64,000 nucleotides of DNA from an uncultured Chloroflexia bacterium (lineage in GTDB: Bacteria > Chloroflexota > Limnocylindria > Limnocylindrales > CSP1-4), in the NCBI GenBank assembly GCA_963768655.1, contig CAVYIM010000006.1, forward strand, positions 192,001 through 256,000. Reading direction: 5' to 3'. Below, one piece after another: positions 53,466 to 63,128 of this stretch. The notes beneath the pieces are model-generated. The model saw nothing but the letters and a program-made list of their open reading frames with translations. It was not told the origin of the DNA and did not search any database. The translations under genes and the position numbers were made by a program. Positions within the stretch are counted from its first letter, which is position 1; the number at the start of each line of letters is the position of its first letter.

Positions 53466-54328
53466 GCTCGTATCTGGGGCGCCTCGGGGCGCGCACCGGG
53501 TCCATCGGCTCCGTTCTGTGTTTGGGCGTAGATCCCGTTCCGGACGCCCTGCCGCCGGGCTTTGGCCGCGACCTCGCCGGCGTGGAACGCTTCTGCGAGG
53601 TGCTCCTCGATGCGGCCATGCCCTACGCCTCGGCCGTCAAGCCGAACCTCGCCTTCTTCGAGGCGTTCGGGTCGAGTGGGATCGCGGCCCTCGAGCGGCT
53701 GCGGGCCAGGGTGCCGGCCGAGGTCGTCTTCGTCGGCGATGCGAAGCGCGGCGACATCGGGACGACGGCCGCGCGCCAGGCCGCCGCGCTGTTCGACGTG
53801 CTGGGCTGCGACGCGGTCACGGTCAACCCGTACCTGGGATCGGAAGCGGTCGAGCCGCTCATCGGACGGGGCGACAGGTTTGCGTACATTCTTTGCCGGA
53901 CCTCGAATGCCGGCGCGGGCGAGCTGCAGTCGCTCGAAGTGGCGGCCGATCCAGGCCTCGGGGCGCCGGCGGAGCCGCTCTACGCCAGGGTGGCCCGTCG
54001 AGCGCGGAGATGGGGTCCGGGCGGGACTGTAGGGCTGGTCGTAGGCGCCACGGCGCCTGCCGAGCTCGAGAAGATCCGCGCCATCGCGCCCGAGCTGGCG
54101 CTGCTGGTGCCCGGCGTCGGGGCTCAGGGCGGCGAGGTGGACCCGGTCTTGCGTCATGGCCCCGCGGTGGCGCCGCCCGCCGGAGAGTGGCAGGGTGGGG
54201 GATTGCTGGTCAACGTGTCGCGCGGGATCGCCGGCGCGGCCTCCGGGCAGGACAGGTCGGTCGACGTGGCCGAGCGACTCGCGGCCGCCGCCGCCGAGTG
54301 GGCGGGCCGCCTCAGGGTCTCCGCGTAG
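53462..54328 (+). CDS. pyrF: Orotidine-5'-phosphate decarboxylase
   Basis: LCLGVDP, KPNLAFF, DAKRGDIGTT, VGAT, PGVGAQGG, NVSR. Confidence 0.95.
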   Translation: MSSYLGRLGARTGSIGSVLCLGVDPVPDALPPGFGRDLAGVERFCEVLLDAAMPYASAVKPNLAFFEAFGSSGIAALERLRARVPAEVVFVGDAKRGDIGTTAARQAAALFDVLGCDAVTVNPYLGSEAVEPLIGRGDRFAYILCRTSNAGAGELQSLEVAADPGLGAPAEPLYARVARRARRWGPGGTVGLVVGATAPAELEKIRAIAPELALLVPGVGAQGGEVDPVLRHGPAVAPPAGEWQGGGLLVNVSRGIAGAASGQDRSVDVAERLAAAAAEWAGRLRVSA

Positions 54329-54434
54329 CCCGCCACTCGGCCCCGCCGCTCGGCCCCGCGACTCGGCCGCCGCACGCTCCGGTGCGGGCGGGTCATGTGG
54401 CCGGCGGCCCGGCCGATCGCTATAGACTTAGGCA

Positions 54435-55688
54435 ATGCGCACCAAGGCGGATCTGGGCGGGAAGTCCGGCGAGTCTCCGGCGTCGGAGGCTCCGGCTGCC
54501 CCGAGCCCGGGCCGCAGGCCCGCAGTCAGACCCCGGCCGCGCCCCGAAGGTACGCCGGCCGCCGACCTGGGATTGGCGGAGAGCGCCAGCCAGGCCGCCG
54601 TCGCAGCCGGCAGGGCTCTCCACGAGGGTCAGGCCCGGCGCGCCGGCCACGCCGCCCCCAGCTCAGCCGGCCACCCCGCCGCCGACTCCGCCGGCCACGC
54701 CGCCCCCAGCTCCGCCGACTCCGCCGGCCACGCCGCCCCCAGCTCCGCCGGCCTCACGGCCGTTGGCCCGGACTCCTTTCCGCGCGAGGCGTCAGAGGGC
54801 CGATCTCGACGTGCCAGGGAGGTCGAGCAGCGGGTCGTGATCCTGAGCGGCCTGTCGGGCGCCGGCAAGACGTCGGCGACGAAGCTCTTCGAGGACCTGG
54901 GCTACACGTGCATGGACAATCTGCCCGGCGAGCTTCTGCCGGCACTCGCGGAGCTCGTCTCGGAGGATCGACAGCGTTTCGATCGCGTGGCGATCGTCCT
55001 GGACGTGCGCGCCGGAGACGCGCCGCTCGCCCTGGCCGCGATGCGCGGGGCTCTGGAGGGGCGCGGCATCAAGCCGCGCGTGGTCTTCCTCGAAGCCCGC
55101 GACGAGGTGCTGATCCGGCGTTTCTCCGAGACGCGGCATCGCCACCCGCTGGCCGGCCGGCGCGGCATCGCCGGCTCGATCGCCGAGGAGCGACGTCTCC
55201 TCGATCCAATTCGGGCCGAGTCGGACATCGTCGTCGACACCTCGGATCTGTCGCTCCGCCAGCTAAAGGAGCGCATCTTCGCCCATCTATCCGATAGCGC
55301 GTCCGACGAGGGGATCGTCTTTCAGCTGATCAGCTTCGGCTTCAAGTACGGCGTGCCGTTGGAGGCGGACCTCGTCTTCGACGTTCGGTTCATGGAGAAC
55401 CCGTACTACGTGGACGAGCTTCGACACCTGTCGGGCCTGACGCCGGCCGTGCGCGACTACGTCATGGGCCAGCCGATCGCCCAGCAGTTCTTCGACTTCC
55501 TGGCTCGTTTCCTGGATCTGACGGTCCCAGGCTTCAAGAGCGAGGGCAAGACACGCCTCACCGTGGCCATCGGTTGCACCGGCGGCTACCACCGCTCAAT
55601 CGTCATCGCCGAGCAGCTGCGAGGCTGGCTCGAGAAGCGTGGCTACGGCACCGTGGCGGTCTTCCATCGGGAGCTGGAGCGCGAATGA
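54435..55688 (+). CDS. rapZ: RNase adapter RapZ (YvcJ) with low-complexity N-terminal extension
   Basis: GLSGAGKT, DNLP, RRFSETR..HP, SFGFKYG, DVRF, GCTGGYHRS. TAGACT 6 nt upstream supports this start. Confidence 0.93.
   Translation: MRTKADLGGKSGESPASEAPAAPSPGRRPAVRPRPRPEGTPAADLGLAESASQAAVAAGRALHEGQARRAGHAAPSSAGHPAADSAGHAAPSSADSAGHAAPSSAGLTAVGPDSFPREASEGRSRRAREVEQRVVILSGLSGAGKTSATKLFEDLGYTCMDNLPGELLPALAELVSEDRQRFDRVAIVLDVRAGDAPLALAAMRGALEGRGIKPRVVFLEARDEVLIRRFSETRHRHPLAGRRGIAGSIAEERRLLDPIRAESDIVVDTSDLSLRQLKERIFAHLSDSASDEGIVFQLISFGFKYGVPLEADLVFDVRFMENPYYVDELRHLSGLTPAVRDYVMGQPIAQQFFDFLARFLDLTVPGFKSEGKTRLTVAIGCTGGYHRSIVIAEQLRGWLEKRGYGTVAVFHRELERE
54642..54752 (+). repeat. Imperfect 24/33-bp coding repeats (AGHAAPSS)
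   Basis: GCCGGCCACGCCGCCCCCAGCTC occurs three times plus one variant. Confidence 0.8.
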
Positions 55689-57043
55689 GGTTACCCCGCC
55701 TTCGGAACATTGCTTCCATCGTGAGACGGTGGATGAGGTTGGGGGTCGGGGTCAAGCGCTGGCTGTTGCTGGTCTTCGTCGGGGAGCTCGGCCTGGCCCT
55801 GGCGGGGGCGCTGTGGCTGCGTCAGGTCTATCGCGATTTCGTCGTGACCGGGCCGCCGCAGGCATTCCTCTCGGCCATCACACTGCAGTTCCTTCCCTAC
55901 GGGATTCGAGCCGTGATCGTCGGAGCCGCGGGTGTCGCCCTCTTCGCCTTCGGCGCCTGGCGGATGGTTCGCGTGCTGGTGACCCCGTTCGTGCCCGCCG
56001 AGGCGGATCAGCCCCTGGTCGACCTGATCTACCAGAAGCGTTTGCTGGCCCGCGGGCCGAGGATCGTCGTGCTTGGCGGCGGGACCGGCCTGTCCACGCT
56101 GCTGCGCGGTCTGAAGACACGCACGAGCAACATCACGGCGGTGGTCACGGTGGCGGACGACGGTGGGTCGTCCGGCCGGCTGCGCGAATCTCTCGGCATC
56201 CCCGCCGTCGGCGACATTCGAAACTGCATCGTCGCTCTGGCCGATGCCGAGCCGCTCATGGGCGAGCTGCTGCAATACCGCTTCCCGGGGGACGATGCCG
56301 ATGCGCTCGGCGGCCACACCATCGGCAATCTACTTCTGGCCGCGATGGCCTCGGTGCAGGGCGGCGATTTCGAAGAGGGCGTGCGTCAGATGAATAGGGT
56401 TCTGGCGGTCCGAGGGCAGGTCGTTCCGGCGACGGCGACGGCGGTCACGCTTCACGCCAGCCTGGTCGACGGTTCCGAAGTGGTGGGCCAGTCCGCGATC
56501 GCCAAATCGACCGGCATAGACCGAGTCTGGTTCACGCCGGAGGACGTGGTTGCGTGTGAGGACGCGCGCAAGGCGATCGGTGAGGCCGAGCTGATCGTCA
56601 TCGGGCCCGGGAGCCTCTACACGAGCATCCTCCCGAGCCTTCTTGTGCCGGGCATCATCGGCGCCGTCCGCGCCTCGCAGGCGCTCCGAATCTTCGTCTG
56701 CAACGTCGCCACCCAGCCCGGCGAAACGCAGGGCTACGATCTGGCGGACCACCTGGCAGCGGTCGAACGGCACACCAGCCCGGGGCTCCTCGACGTGGTC
56801 CTGGCGAACAATCAGTTCGGGGCCAGGCGGCCGGGCGCCTACTCGGCCGAACCGGTCCGGCTGCGCTGGCCCCCGGCATCCGTCTGGCCGCAGTCGAACA
56901 CGCCGCGCCTGGTGTTAGACGACGTCGTCGATCCGGACAACGCCCACCACCACGATCCGGCCCGACTGGCGGCCGCGATCATGAAGATCTACGAGCGCGA
57001 ATCTCTCGGGCGCCGCCGATTGCGACCTGCGCGGACGGCGTGA
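55685..57043 (+). CDS. yvcK: YvcK/GlmR (CuvA) family UDP-GlcNAc-binding protein with N-terminal TM region
   Basis: GGGTGLS, VADDGGSSG, GDIRNC, GHTIGNL, GPGSLYTS. Confidence 0.93.
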   Translation: MRLPRLRNIASIVRRWMRLGVGVKRWLLLVFVGELGLALAGALWLRQVYRDFVVTGPPQAFLSAITLQFLPYGIRAVIVGAAGVALFAFGAWRMVRVLVTPFVPAEADQPLVDLIYQKRLLARGPRIVVLGGGTGLSTLLRGLKTRTSNITAVVTVADDGGSSGRLRESLGIPAVGDIRNCIVALADAEPLMGELLQYRFPGDDADALGGHTIGNLLLAAMASVQGGDFEEGVRQMNRVLAVRGQVVPATATAVTLHASLVDGSEVVGQSAIAKSTGIDRVWFTPEDVVACEDARKAIGEAELIVIGPGSLYTSILPSLLVPGIIGAVRASQALRIFVCNVATQPGETQGYDLADHLAAVERHTSPGLLDVVLANNQFGARRPGAYSAEPVRLRWPPASVWPQSNTPRLVLDDVVDPDNAHHHDPARLAAAIMKIYERESLGRRRLRPARTA

Positions 57044-57080
57044 TCGGGCCGGGTGGCGTAGTGACTCCGGGGGCGCTGGC

Positions 57081-57989
57081 TTGACCACGGCGGAGCGCGA
57101 TCTGGCGGAGGCTCTGCGGGCCGAGCTGGCGGCGATCGATCCGCCCCGGCGGTGCTGCCGCCAGGCCGAAACGATTGGCCTAGAGGGCGCCTTCGAACCT
57201 CGACGCCGGGCCATCGCCAGGCTCGAAGTACGCCTGCGGCGAGCCAGGGCCGAGGCCGCGGCCGACACGTCTCGCGGCGGAGTGGCCCCGCTTCCTGGCG
57301 GAGTCGCCGCGCTTTCTGGCGGAGTCGCCGCAGGCGACTCGCCCTTCGACTGGGCGAGGTCGGCGGAGCATTGCCGAGTCGCATATGTGAGGGGTCGCTT
57401 CCTGGCCCACGGATCGTTGAGCCTGGCCGGCGGGCGAACCCACCTGGAGTTCGTCGTGGGCGCCGATGAAGCCCAGCCGCTGGCGCGCCGCCTCGGCGAG
57501 ATGGGGCTCCCGGCTCACTGGCGGCTGCGCCGGGGTCGTGGCGTGGTCACGTGGAAGAGCGCGGAGACCGTGGGCACGTTCCTGCGCATGGTCGGCGGGG
57601 GAGCGGCGCTGCTCGAGCTGGAGGCCCGTCAGGTGTCACGTTCGGTGCGCGGCGACCTCAACCGCGTCATCAACGCCGAATCGGCCAACCTGCAGAGGGC
57701 TGTCGCGGCGGCCGCCCGCCAGCTGGAGGCGATCGACGCCGTCGAAGCCGACGGGCGGCTGGCCCGCCAGTCGAACCTGGTCCGCCTGGTGGCCGACATC
57801 CGGCGCGAGATCCCCGAGGCCACCTTCACGGAGCTGGCGGAGCGGCTGCAGATCCACCGCTCGGCCGTGCAGCGCGCCCTGGACCGCATCGAATTCCTGG
57901 CGCTTCACGCCGACGAGGGAGTGGGGCAGCGCTCGCGATCTCGCGGTGGGGCTGTGTCAGGCCGGCGCGGTCGCGGCGGGGCCGACTGA
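57081..57989 (+). CDS. whiA: DNA-binding protein WhiA
   Basis: CCRQAE, AYVRGRFLAHGSL, HLEF, NRVINAESANL and C-terminal HTH; conserved position after rapZ-yvcK. Confidence 0.88.
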   Translation: MTTAERDLAEALRAELAAIDPPRRCCRQAETIGLEGAFEPRRRAIARLEVRLRRARAEAAADTSRGGVAPLPGGVAALSGGVAAGDSPFDWARSAEHCRVAYVRGRFLAHGSLSLAGGRTHLEFVVGADEAQPLARRLGEMGLPAHWRLRRGRGVVTWKSAETVGTFLRMVGGGAALLELEARQVSRSVRGDLNRVINAESANLQRAVAAAARQLEAIDAVEADGRLARQSNLVRLVADIRREIPEATFTELAERLQIHRSAVQRALDRIEFLALHADEGVGQRSRSRGGAVSGRRGRGGAD

Positions 57990-58072
57990 CACTCCCGCGG
58001 GGCCCGTCGGTCCAGGACCGATGGGCCGAGTGTCCCTCCGGCACATCGTCGCGCTCTGTCATCATTGCGGAC

Positions 58073-58873
58073 ATGAGACCCCTGATCATTGCCGCCAACT
58101 GGAAGATGAACACCACCCCCGCGGACGCTGGAGAGCTGGCCGCGACAATCGCCGCCCGCACCGAGGAGCCGGGCGTCATTCGAGTCATCTGCCCACCCTA
58201 CGTATGCCTGGCCGCGGTTCGGGACGCGCTGGCCGGCAAGAACGTCGCCGTCGGCGCCCAGAACGTGCATCACGAACAGGGCGGCGCCTACACCGGCGAG
58301 ATCTCCGCCTCGATGCTGGCCGGGCTGGCCACGTGGGTCATCATCGGTCACTCCGAGCGACGCCGCGACGAATTCGAGAGCGACGAGCTTATCGGCAAGA
58401 AGCTGGCCCGCGCCATCAGCGCCGGACTGCGGCCGATCCTGTGCGTCGGCGAGCTTCTCGCCGAGCGCGAGGCCGGCCGCGCGGTCGAGGTCGTGGCCAC
58501 TCAGCTGCGTGGCGCCCTGGCGGGCAAGGACGTCGAGGCGCTCATGGCCGCTGGCTTCGTCATCGCCTATGAGCCCGTGTGGGCCATCGGTACCGGCCGC
58601 ACGGCCTCCAGCGCGGATGCCGCGGCCATGGCGGAGGCCATCCGTTCGACCCTCGCCGCCGACCTCGGTTGGGGCAGGTTGGCGGAGGAGGTGCCGGTCC
58701 TGTACGGCGGCAGCGTCACCAGCGCGAACATCGGCGAGTTCCTGGCCGAGCACTCCATCGACGGCGCTCTGGTCGGCGGCGCGTCTCTCAAGCCCGACGA
58801 GATGGCCGGGATGGTGGCACGCGCCGCGATGACCGCGAAGGCTCGCTCCCGCGCCGAAGGGGAGCCGGCATGA
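58073..58873 (+). CDS. tpiA: Triosephosphate isomerase
   Basis: ANWKMN, GAYTGE, GHSERR, AYEPVWAIGTG, YGGS, LVGGASL. Confidence 0.98.
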   Translation: MRPLIIAANWKMNTTPADAGELAATIAARTEEPGVIRVICPPYVCLAAVRDALAGKNVAVGAQNVHHEQGGAYTGEISASMLAGLATWVIIGHSERRRDEFESDELIGKKLARAISAGLRPILCVGELLAEREAGRAVEVVATQLRGALAGKDVEALMAAGFVIAYEPVWAIGTGRTASSADAAAMAEAIRSTLAADLGWGRLAEEVPVLYGGSVTSANIGEFLAEHSIDGALVGGASLKPDEMAGMVARAAMTAKARSRAEGEPA

Positions 58874-60477
58874 GCGCACCGAGCACCGGCAGCGGCGCCG
58901 CTGCGAAGCGCCCGCGGCCGATCGTTCTGGTAGTCCTGGACGGCTTCGGCATCGGCCACGATCCCGCCGTCGATGCCATCGCCCAGGCCCACATGCCCAA
59001 CTGGATCGAATTCCTGGAGCGTTGGCCGCATTGTTCCCTGGAGGCGTCCGAGGAGTTCGTCGGCCTGCCCGAGGGCCAGATGGGCAACTCCGAGGTCGGC
59101 CACCTCAACCTGGGCACCGGCCAGCCGGTCCTGCAGGATCTGCCTCGAATCGACAAAGCGATCTCCAAGGGCGGCTTCTTCAGCCGGCCCGTCCTGCTGG
59201 AGCTGTGCGCCCGGGCGAAGGAAGACGATCACACGCTGCACCTGATAAGCCTGGTCGGTCCCGGCGGCGTCCATGCCAACGACCGTCATCTGGTCGCCGT
59301 TGTCGAGCTCGCCGCCCGGCAGGGCGTCAAGCGGGTCCGCGTCCATGGGCTCCTCGACGGACGCGACACTCCGCCACGATCCGCCATCGAGTTCGTGCCG
59401 GACCTGGAGCGGCGCCTGGCGGCGGTTCACCCGAACGCGAAGATCGCCACGATCGGCGGCCGCTACTACGCCATGGACCGCGACAAGCGCTGGGAGCGAA
59501 CGAAGAAGGGCTACGACGCCATCGTGCATGGCGTGGCCGACTTCCATGCCCCTTCGGCCGTCGCCGCCGTGGAGGCGGGCTACGCGCGGGGTGAGAACGA
59601 CGAGTTCATCGTTCCCACGGTGATCGACGGCGTCGACCACGGCACGATCGCCGGCGGCGACGCGGTGCTCCACTGCAACTTCCGGGCCGATCGCGCCCGC
59701 CAGCTGTCCCACGCTCTCGCCGACCCCGACTTCAGCGCCTTCGACCGAAATGCGGCCGGGCCGGCGCCGAAGGGAATCCTCTACGCCACGATGACCGCCT
59801 ACGAGGCCGATCTGCCGGTGCAGGTCGTCTTCGGCCCGGAGGTCGTGCCTTCGCTCGCCGAAGCCGTCTCCAAAGCCGGCTGGACCCAGTTCCACGTCGC
59901 CGAGACGGAGAAGTACGCTCACGTGACCTACTTCTTCAATGGTGGCCGGGAGGCGCCGTGGCCGGGCGAGGATCGTCTGCTCGTGCCGAGCCTCAAGATC
60001 GCGACCTACGACCTGCAGCCGAGCATGGCCGCGGCCGGCGTGTGCGACGCGCTCGTGGCCGCCATTCAGTCGGGCAAGTACGACCTGATCGTGGCCAATT
60101 TCGCGAATCCGGACATGGTCGGTCACACGGGAGTGTGGGCAGCGACTATCAAGGCCTGCGAGACCGTGGACACGTGCCTTGGTCGCGTCGCCGACGCGGT
60201 CCTGGCTGTGGACGCGGACGATCCCGCTGCACCCGGCGCGGTCATGTTCATCACCGCGGACCACGGCAACGCCGACGAGATGAAGGACGAGGCCGGCAAC
60301 CCGGTCACCAAGCATTCCCTCAACCCCGTCCCGTTCCTGGGGATCGGCCGGTACATGCAGAGCCGGCGCCTGCGGGACGGGCGACTCGCCGACGTTACGC
60401 CGACGATCCTGGAGATCGGCGGCTTGAAGCCTTGGCCCGAGGTCACGGGCCATTCCCTGCTCGCGCCCAGGGACTGA
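58870..60477 (+). CDS. gpmI: 2,3-bisphosphoglycerate-independent phosphoglycerate mutase
   Basis: LDGFG, MGNSEVGH, DGRDT, GRYYAMDRD, ETEKYAHVT, DMVGHTG, ADHGN. Confidence 0.97.
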   Translation: MSAPSTGSGAAAKRPRPIVLVVLDGFGIGHDPAVDAIAQAHMPNWIEFLERWPHCSLEASEEFVGLPEGQMGNSEVGHLNLGTGQPVLQDLPRIDKAISKGGFFSRPVLLELCARAKEDDHTLHLISLVGPGGVHANDRHLVAVVELAARQGVKRVRVHGLLDGRDTPPRSAIEFVPDLERRLAAVHPNAKIATIGGRYYAMDRDKRWERTKKGYDAIVHGVADFHAPSAVAAVEAGYARGENDEFIVPTVIDGVDHGTIAGGDAVLHCNFRADRARQLSHALADPDFSAFDRNAAGPAPKGILYATMTAYEADLPVQVVFGPEVVPSLAEAVSKAGWTQFHVAETEKYAHVTYFFNGGREAPWPGEDRLLVPSLKIATYDLQPSMAAAGVCDALVAAIQSGKYDLIVANFANPDMVGHTGVWAATIKACETVDTCLGRVADAVLAVDADDPAAPGAVMFITADHGNADEMKDEAGNPVTKHSLNPVPFLGIGRYMQSRRLRDGRLADVTPTILEIGGLKPWPEVTGHSLLAPRD

Positions 60478-60496
60478 CACGGCCCCCATCGCACGA

Positions 60497-60543
60497 CGCG
60501 GCCTCCCCAGCTCGCGGCTGGGGCTCACGGCCGGGAGGCCGCG
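60497..60543 (+). terminator. GC-rich inverted repeat after gpmI
   Basis: CGCGGCCTCCC...GGGAGGCCGCG 11-bp arms; no U-tract. Confidence 0.35.
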
Positions 60544-60605
60544 CTGGTGTGCTACCATGCGCCGGTCCGAAGTCAGGCGACGACAGATAGAGGTTGTAGC
60601 TAACC

Positions 60606-60827
60606 GTGAACCCACCCCTGGCCCTAGGCCAAGACCTGGTCGGCATCATGCTGATGCTCGCCATCCTGTTCCAGGCGCGCGGCTCCGGGCTGTCCGCCAC
60701 CTTCGGCGGCGACTCCTCCGTCTACCGCAGCCGGCGCGGCGTCGAGCGTCGCCTGTGGCAGTTCACGATCCTGCTGGCGATCATCTTCTGCGTCTTCTCC
60801 GAGGCGAGCTTCGTCCTGCCGCACTGA
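60606..60827 (+). CDS. secG: Preprotein translocase subunit SecG
   Basis: Two TM helices, ILFQARGSGLSATFGG...RRGVE; typical position after tpiA/gpmI. Confidence 0.92.
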   Translation: MNPPLALGQDLVGIMLMLAILFQARGSGLSATFGGDSSVYRSRRGVERRLWQFTILLAIIFCVFSEASFVLPH

Positions 60828-60873
60828 CCCGGCCCGAGCCCGTCTGGGTCAGGCGAAGGACAGTCCCGACCCC

Positions 60874-62661
60874 ATGAAACGCCGTGACCGGTTCGTCGTC
60901 GCCGGCCTTGTCGTGCTGCTGGCGATCGTCGGCGGGGCGATGTACGCCGCGGACTACGGGCAGTCTCCGGAGCCCACCCCCATCTACGCCACTCCGCCCC
61001 CGTCCGTCACCTACCGGGAGGGCGTGATCGGTAGTCCGAGCTCGATCAACCCACTGACGGCGAGCACGCAGGTCGACCGTGACCTGGTGGCGCTGCTGTT
61101 TCGGGGTCTGCTGCGCGCGGGGCCGAACGGCACGCTGCTGCCCGATCTGGCCCGCTCCTGGGCGGTTTCGCCCGACGGCCTGACCTACACGTTCAACATG
61201 AGCACCGACGCCCGCTGGGAGGACGGCCAGCCGGTCACGGCCGCGGACGTCGTCTTCACCGTGGACCTCGCCCAGGACCCCGACTACGACGGTCCGCTCG
61301 GTGGGACCTGGCAGGGGATCAAGGCCACCGCGGTCGGTTCCGACGTCGTTCGCTTCACGTTGCCGACGCCGCTCGGAGGGTTCCTGCGCCAGACGTTGCT
61401 GCCGATCCTGCCCGAGCACCTGCTCGGCAATACTGACGTCACCGATCTCGCCGACTCGGCCTTCAGCTCCCAGCCAGTCGGCGATGGGCCGTATCGAATC
61501 GCGGAGATGGACGACACTCACGTCCTGCTGACGCGCGTTCCGGACGTGGCTGCGGCGAGCGACACGGCCACCGCGGGCGCGTCGGCCGGCGCCACGGGCG
61601 GCGCCACTGCCACCACTGGCTCCGCTGCCTCGGCCAGCGCCACGGCCTCGGCCGCCGCAAGTGTGGGCGCTCTGGCCTCGGCCGGCGCCACGGCAGCCCC
61701 CCAGGGCAACATCGACAACCTCGAGCTGGTCTTCTTCAACGACGAGGCTTCCGCGGTGGCGAGCTTCCAGGCCGGCAACCTCGATGCCGTGGGAGATCTG
61801 ACTCCCGAGTCCATTGAAGCGGCCGCGACCCGTGCCGGAGCCAGCCTCACTCGGTATCCGTTGACGAGCCTGTACTCGGTCGTGCTGAACCAGCGGGCCG
61901 CTCATCCTGAATTCGGAACGCTGAGCGCGCGGCAGGGGCTGCTGGCCGCGATCGATCGGTCGACGATCCTGCAGACGGCGCTGCTCGGCCTCGGGACCGT
62001 GGCCGACGGACCGCTTCCGAGCTGGTCGCCGGCCTATGACCCGACCGCGGTGACAGCCACTGCATACAGCACGTCCGACGCCCAGGCGGATCTCACCGCC
62101 GCCGGCTGGGTCCACGGCCAATCCGGCTGGACGCCGCCGAACGCGACGAGCCAGTACACGATCCAGCTGCTCACGCCGGACCAGTCGACGAGGCCCGTCA
62201 CGTACCAGATCGCGGTCGATGTGGCAGCGGACTGGCGCAGCCTCGGGCTCGATGTCAGCTTGCAACCGCTCGATGCCGCCGACTACACGCAGAATCTGTC
62301 GACGGGTGACTTCGACGCGGCCGTGGTCGACTATCAGCTCGGGCTGGATCCCGACATCAGCCCTCTCCTACTGTCGTCGCAGGCGGCGCCGGCCGGGTCG
62401 AACCTCTCTGGCGTTGCCGACACGACGCTCGACCCGCTCCTGACGGCCGTTCGAACCACTTCCGACCCGGTCACTCGCCAGACCGCCATCTCGGCCGTCG
62501 AGAAGTACGTGACGGCGAACGTCCTCATGCTCCCGATATGCTTCGCCGACTACGAATTTGTCATCTCTGGTCGCGTCCAGGGAGTCGCGCCGAACGAAAT
62601 CGCCGATCCCTCGGGCCGCTATTGGGATGTGCTAGACTGGCGCCTCGCCAGCGACGGGTAG
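60874..62661 (+). CDS. Peptide/nickel ABC transporter solute-binding protein (family 5) with A/T/S-rich insertion
   Basis: INPL, LFRGL, PDLARSW.VSPDG.TYTF, WEDGQPVTAADVVFT, PVGDGPY. Confidence 0.9.
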   Translation: MKRRDRFVVAGLVVLLAIVGGAMYAADYGQSPEPTPIYATPPPSVTYREGVIGSPSSINPLTASTQVDRDLVALLFRGLLRAGPNGTLLPDLARSWAVSPDGLTYTFNMSTDARWEDGQPVTAADVVFTVDLAQDPDYDGPLGGTWQGIKATAVGSDVVRFTLPTPLGGFLRQTLLPILPEHLLGNTDVTDLADSAFSSQPVGDGPYRIAEMDDTHVLLTRVPDVAAASDTATAGASAGATGGATATTGSAASASATASAAASVGALASAGATAAPQGNIDNLELVFFNDEASAVASFQAGNLDAVGDLTPESIEAAATRAGASLTRYPLTSLYSVVLNQRAAHPEFGTLSARQGLLAAIDRSTILQTALLGLGTVADGPLPSWSPAYDPTAVTATAYSTSDAQADLTAAGWVHGQSGWTPPNATSQYTIQLLTPDQSTRPVTYQIAVDVAADWRSLGLDVSLQPLDAADYTQNLSTGDFDAAVVDYQLGLDPDISPLLLSSQAAPAGSNLSGVADTTLDPLLTAVRTTSDPVTRQTAISAVEKYVTANVLMLPICFADYEFVISGRVQGVAPNEIADPSGRYWDVLDWRLASDG

Positions 62662-62677
62662 CCCCGCCGCTGTGTGC

Positions 62678-62764
62678 GCCGAGGTGGCGGAATTGGCAGA
62701 CGCGCTGGTTTCAGGAGCCAGTGGCCGCAAGGCTGTAGGGGTTCAAATCCCCTCCTCGGCACCA
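62678..62764 (+). tRNA. tRNA-Leu(CAG)
   Basis: GCCGAGG/CCTCGGC acceptor stem, anticodon loop TTCAGGA, long variable arm, GGTTCAAATCC, CCA end. Confidence 0.96.
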
Positions 62765-62806
62765 GGAATCATTCAGGCGGCGCGGAGGCGTCGCGACAGT
62801 GCTCGT

Positions 62807-62891
62807 GCCCAGGTGGCGGAATTGGTATACGCGTACGTTTGAGGGGCGTATGGAGCAATCCATCCGGGTTCAAGTCCCGGCCTGGGCACCA
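62807..62891 (+). tRNA. tRNA-Leu(GAG)
   Basis: GCCCAGG/CCTGGGC acceptor stem, anticodon loop TTGAGGG, variable arm, GGTTCAAGTCC, CCA end. Confidence 0.96.
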
Positions 62892-62985
62892 CCTTCACCC
62901 TGAACCTGAACTCACGGCCGCGAGGCGGCCTGCGCGAATCGAGACACCGGCCGCGAGGCGGCCAGCGCGGCCACCGCGGCTTCCC

Positions 62986-63061
62986 GGGCGGTTAGCTCAG
63001 CGGCTAGAGCGCCTCGTTTACACCGAGGATGTCGCAGGTTCGAATCCTGCACCGCCCACCA
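62986..63061 (+). tRNA. tRNA-Val(TAC)
   Basis: GGGCGGT acceptor, TAGCTCAG D-arm, CCTCG-TTTACAC-CGAGG anticodon arm, GGTTCGAATCC, CCA end. Confidence 0.96.
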
Positions 63062-63128
63062 ACCCACATCGGCCACGTCTGCGCCGGTTTCTCGATCGGG
63101 CTGCGCCCGGTGTTGCCCACGCTCGAAC

